IMG/VR virus record: IMGVR_UViG_3300033463_000054
Coordinates: 30,898-94,897 of that record
Direction: 5' to 3' (one strand)
Source: a virus
Lineage: Duplodnaviria; Caudoviricetes
DNA: 64,000 nucleotides
Positions within the stretch are counted from its first letter, which is position 1, and each line of letters opens with the position of its first letter. Position numbers and translations under genes: made by a program. The notes under the pieces were generated by a model that ran no database searches, was not told the DNA's origin, and saw only the letters and a list, made by a program, of their open reading frames with translations. This document shows positions 31,270 to 39,744 of this stretch, in pieces.

Positions 31270-32605
31270 CAAGCTCCGCCTCCAGACTATCAAGCTCGGC
31301 TTCCTGCTTATCTATCTCGGCTATTGCCTTATCAAGTTCTTCATCAGTCATCTGTGAAGGATCCATGTTAGCATAATCTGGCTGACTTGTTTCGGCACCA
31401 GCAACATTTGTCATGTCATACGGCATGTTCGAGTTAACAAGCTGATCAGCCTTAGGATCGCTAGAAGGTTTCATACCCAGTGCCTGACGTACCTCATTAG
31501 AAGTAAGTATCTCGTTTCTAGTAAGCTTATCAGCAAGGTCTGCAAGCTGAGACATAGGCACGAGACTAAACCTATCGTGGAAGTATCTTATAGCCTGCCT
31601 CTGTGTACGAGCGGTTTTAGATAAGAATTTACGTTCCATCTCTTCAGTTATAGCCTGCACAATAACCTCAATTACACGCGTCATATAATTCAGCATTTCA
31701 GTCTCACTAGCTGTACCATTCAGTATTTCAGGTGTCATGCCAAGCTGACCATAAAGCATATTAGTGAGGTATTCGATCTGAGCTTGAAGATTATTCTCAA
31801 GAGGTCTACCTAAAGTAGTAATCTTCTCAGTACCATCAGTATAAGCAATGCCATACTTAGACTCTGTAAGCTGCCTTTCAATCTCAGTTCTACGCTTTTC
31901 AGCCTGCTCTCTTCTAGCTTCTGACTTGATAATGTAAGGAAGCTGAATGATCATCTGAAGTTTACCATTATTCTCTTCATCGACAGCATCGAGCAAAGAT
32001 AGTTTCTTGATCAGTCGTTGTAAAGTTGAGTTTGGAGCATTCATGATGGGATAAAAAGGGTTCTCGACCAAAGCACAACACCGTTTGGAAAAAGGAATAT
32101 CTTGTTTTTCCATAGTATCTTCATTGTATACTCGAACCTTCACCCATGTCGGATGCCACTCAACAACCTGCCCAACTTTCATCTCAAGAACTTTATAACT
32201 ATCAGTTAGCTCCGGATCAGTGTCGGTACGAAAGGGCACGATCGCTATATGGCCCTGATCGATCAAGGTAAATGCAGCATCGCGCATAAACTCTCTACCT
32301 GTCTGATCTCTGTTCGCTTCGGTATTAAGACAATAATTCAACGTACTGTCTATATTAGACTCATAATTACCGTTTTCATCGACTTTAACATGCCGGACAT
32401 CTACCCTAGAACAATCAACAGCTATTTTATTATAAATAGCTGCTATAATCGATCGTTCTGCACCCCAGTTCATACGCGGTCTATCTGGTTTAAACGAAGA
32501 ACTCCGCTCAATAACCGAAACCGATGTAGTTGCAGGAGGTGTGGGATCACGATTCATGAAGGCATTCCAAGCATGTTTCAGCCTGTTAGTTATTGTTTCT
32601 GCCAT
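31259..32605 (-). CDS. Portal protein
   Basis: RLKHAWNAF, EANRDQTGR, IIQLPY, YGIAYTDG, NEILTSNEVR. Confidence 0.9.
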   Translation of the reverse strand: MAETITNRLKHAWNAFMNRDPTPPATTSVSVIERSSSFKPDRPRMNWGAERSIIAAIYNKIAVDCSRVDVRHVKVDENGNYESNIDSTLNYCLNTEANRDQTGREFMRDAAFTLIDQGHIAIVPFRTDTDPELTDSYKVLEMKVGQVVEWHPTWVKVRVYNEDTMEKQDIPFSKRCCALVENPFYPIMNAPNSTLQRLIKKLSLLDAVDEENNGKLQMIIQLPYIIKSEARREQAEKRRTEIERQLTESKYGIAYTDGTEKITTLGRPLENNLQAQIEYLTNMLYGQLGMTPEILNGTASETEMLNYMTRVIEVIVQAITEEMERKFLSKTARTQRQAIRYFHDRFSLVPMSQLADLADKLTRNEILTSNEVRQALGMKPSSDPKADQLVNSNMPYDMTNVAGAETSQPDYANMDPSQMTDEELDKAIAEIDKQEAELDSLEAELDGT

Positions 32606-32621
32606 TTTGAATTTTCACACC

Positions 32622-33350
32622 CTATCTTCGTTTAATCAAATCTTTTACACTACCGCCTTCGGAGTAAACCGGGTAAAGTGCTTTAGAAGCAAACCTTCCG
32701 GCAGTCTTTCCGAGTGTAGCTCCCTTAGCGGCCGCAGCAGTACCACCAAAAGGTTCGAACTTGGTCTTAACACCCATCTTCTTCGCAACTTCTTTATACA
32801 TCTTATGAGCATTGTAACCAGCAACCGCACCAGCATCACGCGCAAGTTTGGTAAACTCTCGTTCGAATTCCTTCTCGGACGCAGCAGCTTTTCCAAGTTT
32901 TGCTTTAGTCTTATTGTAGGTATCTGTAATAAATCCTTCAGACAGATCCGAAACTGTTCGAGCCACAGTTTTACTTATTCTCGACATGTCAGAAGGACTA
33001 GACAAATATCGATAAAGATCTACGCCCTTATCTGACAGAATATTCTGCACTTCATCAGCCGCAGATCGAATCAAATCTGTAGGATCTTTAGCAAAGTCAG
33101 TAGCTTTCTTAGCGGTATTAAGCACTTTACTAGCAACATCAGCTCTCTTAGCCTTATCTATCATATTTACGGCTTTATTACCATAACGTGTATAGAAATC
33201 ACTAAATTTCTTAACTGCTCTTGCTGCTCCGTAACCATAATGCTTTCGTCCAGCGTCGGTAAGGGATCCATCTTCATTTTGATACCTACGTACTCCCCAT
33301 TTCTGGTTTAATACACCGTGATGATACAGTTCTGTACAATTCTCATACAT
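32622..33350 (-). CDS. HHG-motif (DUF7211-like) protein
   Basis: ELYHHGVLNQKWGVRRYQNEDGSLT. Confidence 0.75.
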   Translation of the reverse strand: MYENCTELYHHGVLNQKWGVRRYQNEDGSLTDAGRKHYGYGAARAVKKFSDFYTRYGNKAVNMIDKAKRADVASKVLNTAKKATDFAKDPTDLIRSAADEVQNILSDKGVDLYRYLSSPSDMSRISKTVARTVSDLSEGFITDTYNKTKAKLGKAAASEKEFEREFTKLARDAGAVAGYNAHKMYKEVAKKMGVKTKFEPFGGTAAAAKGATLGKTAGRFASKALYPVYSEGGSVKDLIKRR

Positions 33351-33366
33351 GGTATCACCTCGATCA

Positions 33367-33942
33367 TCAACTCTTAAGACCCTGAATAGCAGCAATCAAA
33401 GCTACAGTCGACGCACCTACAGCAGCAACGCTACCACACATATCGATTATTTCTTTTGCCTTAGCTGCTCCAGTCTGTCTCTGAGGATAACGTTTGTTGA
33501 TCCAATCAACATAAGCCGATTCGGTCTGGAAACGCTTATTAAGCTTCTCAAGTTCTTCAATAGTGTATTTTGAAAAATCGAAATCACCGTAACCATAAAC
33601 AGGAGTATCGGTATACTTCTTAGGGATAGCTTTGCTCAAAGAACCAAACCAATTCTTTGAAGCGTTGTAATATTGTCCTTTAGCAGACAGCTTATCATTA
33701 CCATTATTGCCGCCCTTCTGCTTTCCGCCACCCTGCTGATCGCCACCGTCCTTCTTCTTACCATCGCCCTGATTATTTCCACCAGAGGAAGGTTTACCCC
33801 AAGGACGTTTCTTGGCAACTTCATCGCCCTGAAAAGGTCTCTTTCCGGAGCCTCTTCTATAACGACCTGAATTCCAGTTTCCGATATGCATAAGATAATC
33901 TTCGGGTTCTTCTGTTACCGGGCATTTGTACTCGTTATACAT
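33367..33942 (-). CDS. HxG-motif basic protein
   Basis: YLMHIGNWNSGRYRRGSG; hydrophobic C-terminus. Confidence 0.7.
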   Translation of the reverse strand: MYNEYKCPVTEEPEDYLMHIGNWNSGRYRRGSGKRPFQGDEVAKKRPWGKPSSGGNNQGDGKKKDGGDQQGGGKQKGGNNGNDKLSAKGQYYNASKNWFGSLSKAIPKKYTDTPVYGYGDFDFSKYTIEELEKLNKRFQTESAYVDWINKRYPQRQTGAAKAKEIIDMCGSVAAVGASTVALIAAIQGLKS

Positions 33943-33961
33943 TCCTTCTCAAATCCCCTTT

Positions 33962-35134
33962 CTATTTAAATTTTCGCTTAATGTTTCTAGCTTTATCCTT
34001 AACGAAAGTTTTAGCGTTATCGGCACTCTTTGCGTAATGACCAATGAGACGTTTGCCATACACAGCAGCGTTGTCTCTAGCAGCCTTATTAACTTCGTCG
34101 TTGGTAAGCCTTCGAGTATCGATCTTTCTAAGTTCATTATCGGTGTTAAACATTATCTGAGGAGCATAAGTATGGAACGTCGAATATTTAAGGTCATTTA
34201 CGTCAAGTATCGATCCATAACCCTTTTTGATCAGATTGTCGTAAACTTTCTTACCACTATCATAGTAGAAATTATATTTAGTTCCTGTAATCTTAGAAGT
34301 AGCTTCGCCCCAGTCAGTCAAGCCAACATTATAGAACTCATATCCATAATCACGCATCTTACGTTCGTAATTAATGCGATCTTTAATGGATCTGTTCTTG
34401 TTCTTATCCGCTTCTTTAAGTTCTTCTCGCATCTTTGAAAAACTTTCAGGATGCCATTCGGAATGGAAATCAACTTTATCCCAGAAATCCTTCTGAAATT
34501 CCTTATCTCCTCTATAAGCTTCCATGAATGCCTTAGCAGCGGTCTTCTTGCCAGCACCTTTGATGTCCTTTTCAGCAACGTAATGCGTCTGATAAGAAGG
34601 AAGATCTTCACCAGCTCTGCTATTTTGAACTTTGGTATAGATACCCTTATAGAAGTCTGCGTCGTGTTTATTAATAGACATCCACTTACTTTGATGCTGA
34701 GGTCCATTAGGATTCTTACCAATGTTATAAATGTCAGTTCCTTTCGGAATCACGTAATCAGCATCGAGATCCATAAAACTCTTTCGATTTCCATGTTTAT
34801 CGACTTGACCTCGCTGCATTTCATCCATAATGTTTTTACCCATATCAGTAGCGGCAATAACATCGTGAACACTCTGATCCAAAGCATTGTATTGGCTCGG
34901 ATCTTTGTCAAGAACGCCCTTAACAATCATAGCTGCTCCGACAGTAGCCAAAGCGCCACTAACAAAAACAGCCCCAGTAGCTATACGCTTTACACGTTCT
35001 TTTTCGCTTCCAGCACCAGCTTCGTCTTGATAAGGACGTTCTCCGCTTCCCCAAGGATATCGGCCTGAATGACGAGGAGTACCGTAATGCATTAACTCAT
35101 TTTGATAAAAACTTGGGATCATTACATAATCCAA
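33962..35134 (-). CDS. HYG-motif protein with a TM-like segment and an uncharacterised globular domain
   Basis: ELMHYGTPRHSGRYPWGSG, nearly identical to the polymerase N-terminal motif. Confidence 0.75.
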   Translation of the reverse strand: MDYVMIPSFYQNELMHYGTPRHSGRYPWGSGERPYQDEAGAGSEKERVKRIATGAVFVSGALATVGAAMIVKGVLDKDPSQYNALDQSVHDVIAATDMGKNIMDEMQRGQVDKHGNRKSFMDLDADYVIPKGTDIYNIGKNPNGPQHQSKWMSINKHDADFYKGIYTKVQNSRAGEDLPSYQTHYVAEKDIKGAGKKTAAKAFMEAYRGDKEFQKDFWDKVDFHSEWHPESFSKMREELKEADKNKNRSIKDRINYERKMRDYGYEFYNVGLTDWGEATSKITGTKYNFYYDSGKKVYDNLIKKGYGSILDVNDLKYSTFHTYAPQIMFNTDNELRKIDTRRLTNDEVNKAARDNAAVYGKRLIGHYAKSADNAKTFVKDKARNIKRKFK

Positions 35135-35249
35135 ATAGCACCCCTCCTTTATAGTTTATTCTGTATAATAAGGATACAACTCAAACATACTACGTATAAT
35201 GTATCACAGTATGATACATTTCAGTTTCTCGATCCATTACTTCACTTCC

Positions 35250-36992
35250 TTAATCAAACATTTCAACGTTGACCTTGTAAGCGTAATATGCATCGAGCAT
35301 AGCTGCCACACAGTCAATCTTTTCTTCTCGACGTTTCTTGTATAACTTTCTATTACCATTTGTGTCTTCGAGCGCAATACAATGACCCATAGTAAACGAC
35401 AGAATCTCCTGATCAAAGATAAGCATGCGTTCACTGGCGAGTTTCTTGATCTCACCAAGAGGAACGCTTTCTGTCTTAACGCCCTGTTGAACTTTAGTCA
35501 CACCGAACTGGGTATTCTCACTACACCAACGATCGACGAATTCACGAGCGTTATACGGGTCGAAACCAAACGATCTAACGTCGTACTCATTTTGAACGAT
35601 GTAGTTATCTAGTTCGTCATAGACAGCCATCATATCGAGAACAGCACCATCCATAACAACAAGAGATCCTTCAGCAATAAATTCGTCATATTTGTCTCGT
35701 AGAGATTCATGAAGCCTTCGATAGGTCAGATCCGTAATGTAGTTACGAGTCTTAATTCCAAAGCAACCATTACCCAAAGGAAAGACAAATGTAAATGCAC
35801 AGAAGTCATCTCCCTGTGAAAGGTCCGCTCCCATAGAACAAGCCATCTTCCAGAAATTCTTCTGAGGAAACTTCTGTATTTCTTCAAGTGTAAAGAAGTA
35901 CACAAAGCCTTCCATCGGTATACCGAATCTCTTAGCTAGTATATCGTTTCGTGCTGAAGGAACATTCTCAGCTCTTTCAACCTCGCGCTGATAGGTATCA
36001 TAAGAAACAGTCTTACCAAGATTAGGATTAGCTTTGATCCACATCTCAGGCTTACCAACTTCATCAATAGAGTCTAGCTTATACCACCAGATACTAACGT
36101 GATCGTTCTTGTATTCGCCTCTAAGGATCTTGGTAAGCTCCATTTTGATTGAATCGCCAATACCGTTTCTTACAGTACCTTCTGAACTCGTTGCAAGTAT
36201 AACATAATCGTCAATCTTAGCAGCACCCTGTTCAATAGCGCCTATAGGGTCTTCTCTAATAGGACAAGACAGCCACTCGTCAACCGTATTGTATTTGGAT
36301 CTGTAACCCTGAAGTTTATCGATACTCATAGGTAAGCTTACAAGAAGTGAAGCTGTCATAAAGTTCTCGATGCCCTTCTTAGTGGAAGCTAACTTCTTCC
36401 TAAGAGCAAAATTGCCGGTAGTATTTTGAAGCGATCCTTCCGTCAGTAACTTAAGTACAGGACCACGAGCTCTGAGTATAGCAGTCTTTATCGGGTTAAT
36501 AACTTCCTCGGACTGTTTCATAGTCGGAGCTGTCGTAAGCTGGAACGTTGTAGATCCATCCACAATAATGCCGTATGCCTGTACAAAGCTCTCATACAAA
36601 GTCTTAGCAGCTGATCGTCCTATGATGAGATACTGCTTGTTAATTAGCCTTCTCTTAATGTCTTTCCATACGTAACGACCGCCTAATCCATGAGGGAAAG
36701 GCTCGAAAGTCTTAACGTGTTCAAAGTAATACCAACCGAAAAGCTCTTCGCCCCAAAGTTTAAAGCTATCAAGAAGCTCAACTGGGCTACCATCAGTCAG
36801 CGTTAATTCGTTCTCGCAAAACTTGACCCAACCCTCTACTGGATCCGGATCGTAATAGTATTCGGGATTTGCAATGAAGCCGTCTATTCGCTCCATTTCC
36901 ATAGAGACTTCGTGACTTATAGGTATCAAGCCTCGTAATACGGCATCCCGAAACTCGCCATAATACTTTGGCACAGCCGTATTAGATAGCAT
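35250..36992 (-). CDS. terL: Terminase large subunit
   Basis: Walker A-like GRSAAKT, Walker B TVDEW, ATSSEG, nuclease GADLS, FDPYNA, KIDCVAA. Confidence 0.93.
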   Translation of the reverse strand: MLSNTAVPKYYGEFRDAVLRGLIPISHEVSMEMERIDGFIANPEYYYDPDPVEGWVKFCENELTLTDGSPVELLDSFKLWGEELFGWYYFEHVKTFEPFPHGLGGRYVWKDIKRRLINKQYLIIGRSAAKTLYESFVQAYGIIVDGSTTFQLTTAPTMKQSEEVINPIKTAILRARGPVLKLLTEGSLQNTTGNFALRKKLASTKKGIENFMTASLLVSLPMSIDKLQGYRSKYNTVDEWLSCPIREDPIGAIEQGAAKIDDYVILATSSEGTVRNGIGDSIKMELTKILRGEYKNDHVSIWWYKLDSIDEVGKPEMWIKANPNLGKTVSYDTYQREVERAENVPSARNDILAKRFGIPMEGFVYFFTLEEIQKFPQKNFWKMACSMGADLSQGDDFCAFTFVFPLGNGCFGIKTRNYITDLTYRRLHESLRDKYDEFIAEGSLVVMDGAVLDMMAVYDELDNYIVQNEYDVRSFGFDPYNAREFVDRWCSENTQFGVTKVQQGVKTESVPLGEIKKLASERMLIFDQEILSFTMGHCIALEDTNGNRKLYKKRREEKIDCVAAMLDAYYAYKVNVEMFD

Positions 36993-37005
36993 TTTGAACT
37001 ACTCC

Positions 37006-37437
37006 TTACAGTGCAATAGTCTTGTTCGGTTCATTCTTGCTAATGAAGATTACGCTCTTACCGTTATCGTTAATGATGTACTCGGTATAGTGAGTATTCC
37101 TAAGTATGTCCTTGATCTGCTTATCTTCGTTGGCAGTAATACGCCCATCGCCAGCAAGGAATTTTGAGATACTCGATGCAAGAGCATTAAGTATGTCGTC
37201 GTCTCTTCTCTGCTGGTTCTGTCTACGCATCTGAGAATTCTTAAGACGCTCATCAGCGAGTGCCTGTCTGTTATCAGCGTCAGCCTTCTTCAGCTTAGTC
37301 TGATTGTTCTTATACATTGTGTCGTAAAGTGAGGCACCAGCGTTCCTAAGACCTTCGCCAGCACTCTTCAGCCAACCTCTATGCTGAAGCTCATCATCAC
37401 GATCATGGTCATACGAATCGTATTCATAGATAGCCAT
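37006..37437 (-). CDS. Hypothetical protein with ELQH motif
   Basis: 143 aa; strong RBS; DDELQHRG. Confidence 0.7.
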   Translation of the reverse strand: MAIYEYDSYDHDRDDELQHRGWLKSAGEGLRNAGASLYDTMYKNNQTKLKKADADNRQALADERLKNSQMRRQNQQRRDDDILNALASSISKFLAGDGRITANEDKQIKDILRNTHYTEYIINDNGKSVIFISKNEPNKTIAL

Positions 37438-37458
37438 TTGCGATATACCTCCTTGAGT

Positions 37459-38697
37459 TTACTTCTTCTTAGGTATTTTGACAGTAGCATTATTGTTGTA
37501 TATACTATCCACCAAATTACGTCTATTGAGATCGTTCTTAAACTTAGCAAGTTCGGAAGTCTTGAGCCACTTAACGTCGTAACCAAGATTACTAGTATTG
37601 ACGTCATACTTCTTAAGGTTCTTAGCTCCCCAAACGTCAGGTTCATCAAGACCTGTCTGTTTCTTACCTATATGCGATCCAACGCCAAAGCCAAGACCGC
37701 CAAGAATACCAGATCCAGCAACACCAGCCGCCGCAACTGCAGGATTTGCAAGACCAAGACCACCTATAAGACCGAGACTAGCCGAAGTCGCAGCTCCACC
37801 CGAACCAAGAATAGCACCCATACGGAATGCAGGATTCTTCATAAGTTCAGCTCTAGCATCTTTCTTGCCCTGTTTCTCCAGATCACGACGTCTCTTATCA
37901 GCATCACCTACTGCAGCAAGCTTAGTATTACCCTTTTCGTCAACATCAACATAATTCAAGAGATAACGCTTCCTACCTTCAGGAGTGAGGGTACCATCTT
38001 CGTTCTGATAGCGCCTAATACCCCACTTCATGCCGAATATGCCATGATGATAGAGTTCGTCATACATGGGTTCTGATTTTGAACGTTCAAGAGTGTCGAA
38101 GTAGGAGTGTTTTAACATTTTCGAAGCCTTTACTTTGTTCTTGTAATCGTCGGCTCTCTTTTTACGGTTCTCGTCATTCAGATAGTCATCACTAAATGAA
38201 CCCTTCGGACGAGCTCCTGCGTTTGCCATATGTTTATGGTGATAACGACTTGTATCCTGTATCATAGCTTTAGCAGTATCCGCTTTAACCATCTTACCGT
38301 CTTTGTATAGAATGTAATGATTACCAACAGGACTTTTCTTCATAGTAATTTCGCCCTGAGGAGTTACAGTATCCAAACCGTTTGATGTAAAGTTAAATGG
38401 AACTGAATTACCATTGGTGTGATAGGTGTTGTTGTATAGTCTAAGTAAAGCATTAAACGTTGAAACATCGTTGCTATCCAAATAATAGTCGTTGTATTTG
38501 TTCTCTATCTCATTTGAATCACGCAGCCATTGTATTCGATCTGAATCGTTCGAATCCGAAGATTTACCAGTCAATAATGTCTGATTATTCTTTGCGTTCT
38601 TCGCGTTTCTTTTGTTTATAGCATGATAGAGCTCTTTTGAAAGAATAGCTGTAGTCAACGAGGATTCCTCCTTTCGTTTTTGATCACTGAATGCCAC
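37459..38697 (-). CDS. Two-part HHG-motif protein
   Basis: ELYHAI near the N-terminus; internal ELYHHGIFGMKWGIRRYQNEDG; Gly/Ala hydrophobic hairpin. Confidence 0.75.
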   Translation of the reverse strand: MAFSDQKRKEESSLTTAILSKELYHAINKRNAKNAKNNQTLLTGKSSDSNDSDRIQWLRDSNEIENKYNDYYLDSNDVSTFNALLRLYNNTYHTNGNSVPFNFTSNGLDTVTPQGEITMKKSPVGNHYILYKDGKMVKADTAKAMIQDTSRYHHKHMANAGARPKGSFSDDYLNDENRKKRADDYKNKVKASKMLKHSYFDTLERSKSEPMYDELYHHGIFGMKWGIRRYQNEDGTLTPEGRKRYLLNYVDVDEKGNTKLAAVGDADKRRRDLEKQGKKDARAELMKNPAFRMGAILGSGGAATSASLGLIGGLGLANPAVAAAGVAGSGILGGLGFGVGSHIGKKQTGLDEPDVWGAKNLKKYDVNTSNLGYDVKWLKTSELAKFKNDLNRRNLVDSIYNNNATVKIPKKK

Positions 38698-39001
38698 GAT
38701 ACTCTTTCATAGCGTCCATAGCCTGTTCGAAGAGGTCTTCCATACGCTTAGCAGACTTGAAATTCTCAGTTTTAGCTTCGAGAAGTTCAACTTGTTTCTT
38801 AAGTATCTCTCGTTCAGTGCGTTCTTTCTCGGTCGCAAGCTTCAAGTAATGCGTAATCACCTGAGAACTTGCTGTTCCGTCCATTAATTGCTGCTCGGCA
38901 AGGTCAACTGCTAGTGCTATAAGCTGATTCTCACGTGCTTCAGGCGTCATAGCAGGTCGTTGAGGCCGTTCACCGAGAGGTCTAGGTGTCTTCTTAGGCA
39001 C
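38684..39001 (-). CDS. Putative terminase small subunit
   Basis: 105 aa helical protein (PEARENQLIALAVDLAE, GTASSQVITHYLKL); first gene after the candidate cos site. Confidence 0.5.
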   Translation of the reverse strand: MPKKTPRPLGERPQRPAMTPEARENQLIALAVDLAEQQLMDGTASSQVITHYLKLATEKERTEREILKKQVELLEAKTENFKSAKRMEDLFEQAMDAMKEYRGIQ

Positions 39002-39071
39002 TTTCAGTCACCTTCCTATCCTTTCTCGTATAGTTTTCATTTTGTGCGCCACCACTTCTATACCCTTTTGA

Positions 39072-39183
39072 AGAGTGTTTTATATGAGTTTATAGGTCCC
39101 GTATAGGAGCGATTATACCAACCGAAGCCAAACCGAAAGGAGAAGACTTGGCAAGGACCCATAAACCCATATAAAACACCCTC
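39072..39183 (-). ncRNA. Structured RNA: ~28-bp stem enclosing two hairpins with CUCC loops
   Basis: Arms 39072-39099 and 39155-39183; mismatches are G-U on the minus strand only. Confidence 0.6.
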
Positions 39184-39210
39184 CAGAAATATCCGCCGGA
39201 GAAAAGTGGA

Positions 39211-39219
39211 AGACCGGCG
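39211..39219 (-). other. Candidate cohesive end (cos) CGCCGGTCT
   Basis: GC-rich 9-mer in the non-coding gap upstream of the packaging genes; resembles CGCCGNNCT-type 3' overhangs that I recall for phages with this gene order. Confidence 0.5.
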
Positions 39220-39471
39220 CGATATGGGAGGGCATGGATTTTCGAAGGACCCCTCCCCCTCTCACAAAAGAGTTGGAGAAGTCAAATCTACGAAATTTTT
39301 AACGAAGTTTTTACAATTTTGGAGAGATTTTGTAGGTTCTTCGAAATTGTTACAGAGTTCCGTAAACGAAATCGAGCGCTCGAATCGAAGCGTTTAGAAA
39401 TCGAAGCAAGAGACTTCAAAATTGTTACCAAAATCTTCACAAAAAATTGTAATAGAAATTCGTCTGTAAGG

Positions 39472-39729
39472 TCATACCTCAAACTCATCTTCGAAATTGC
39501 GGACGACCTTTGCATAAATATTCAAAGGATCAGCCTTCACTAATTCGTCGATGCCTCTTTCAAGTTCGGAATTCATTTCTTTTTCGGTCATACGATCGCT
39601 AACGCTAGTAAGTCTATCCAAAATTTGGCAGCTTCCATAGCCTTTGTCACAATCGAAACGATACCATTCGTTGAAGTTTTCGAAAGGATCGTATGGGTTA
39701 TCAACAGTTGTAATAGCTACTCTTCGCAT
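39472..39729 (-). CDS. Small acidic protein downstream of the polymerase gene
   Basis: TTVDNPYDPF...EWYRFD...KGY; RBS AAGGAG. Confidence 0.75.
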   Translation of the reverse strand: MRRVAITTVDNPYDPFENFNEWYRFDCDKGYGSCQILDRLTSVSDRMTEKEMNSELERGIDELVKADPLNIYAKVVRNFEDEFEV

Positions 39730-39744
39730 ACGAAATCTCCTTTC

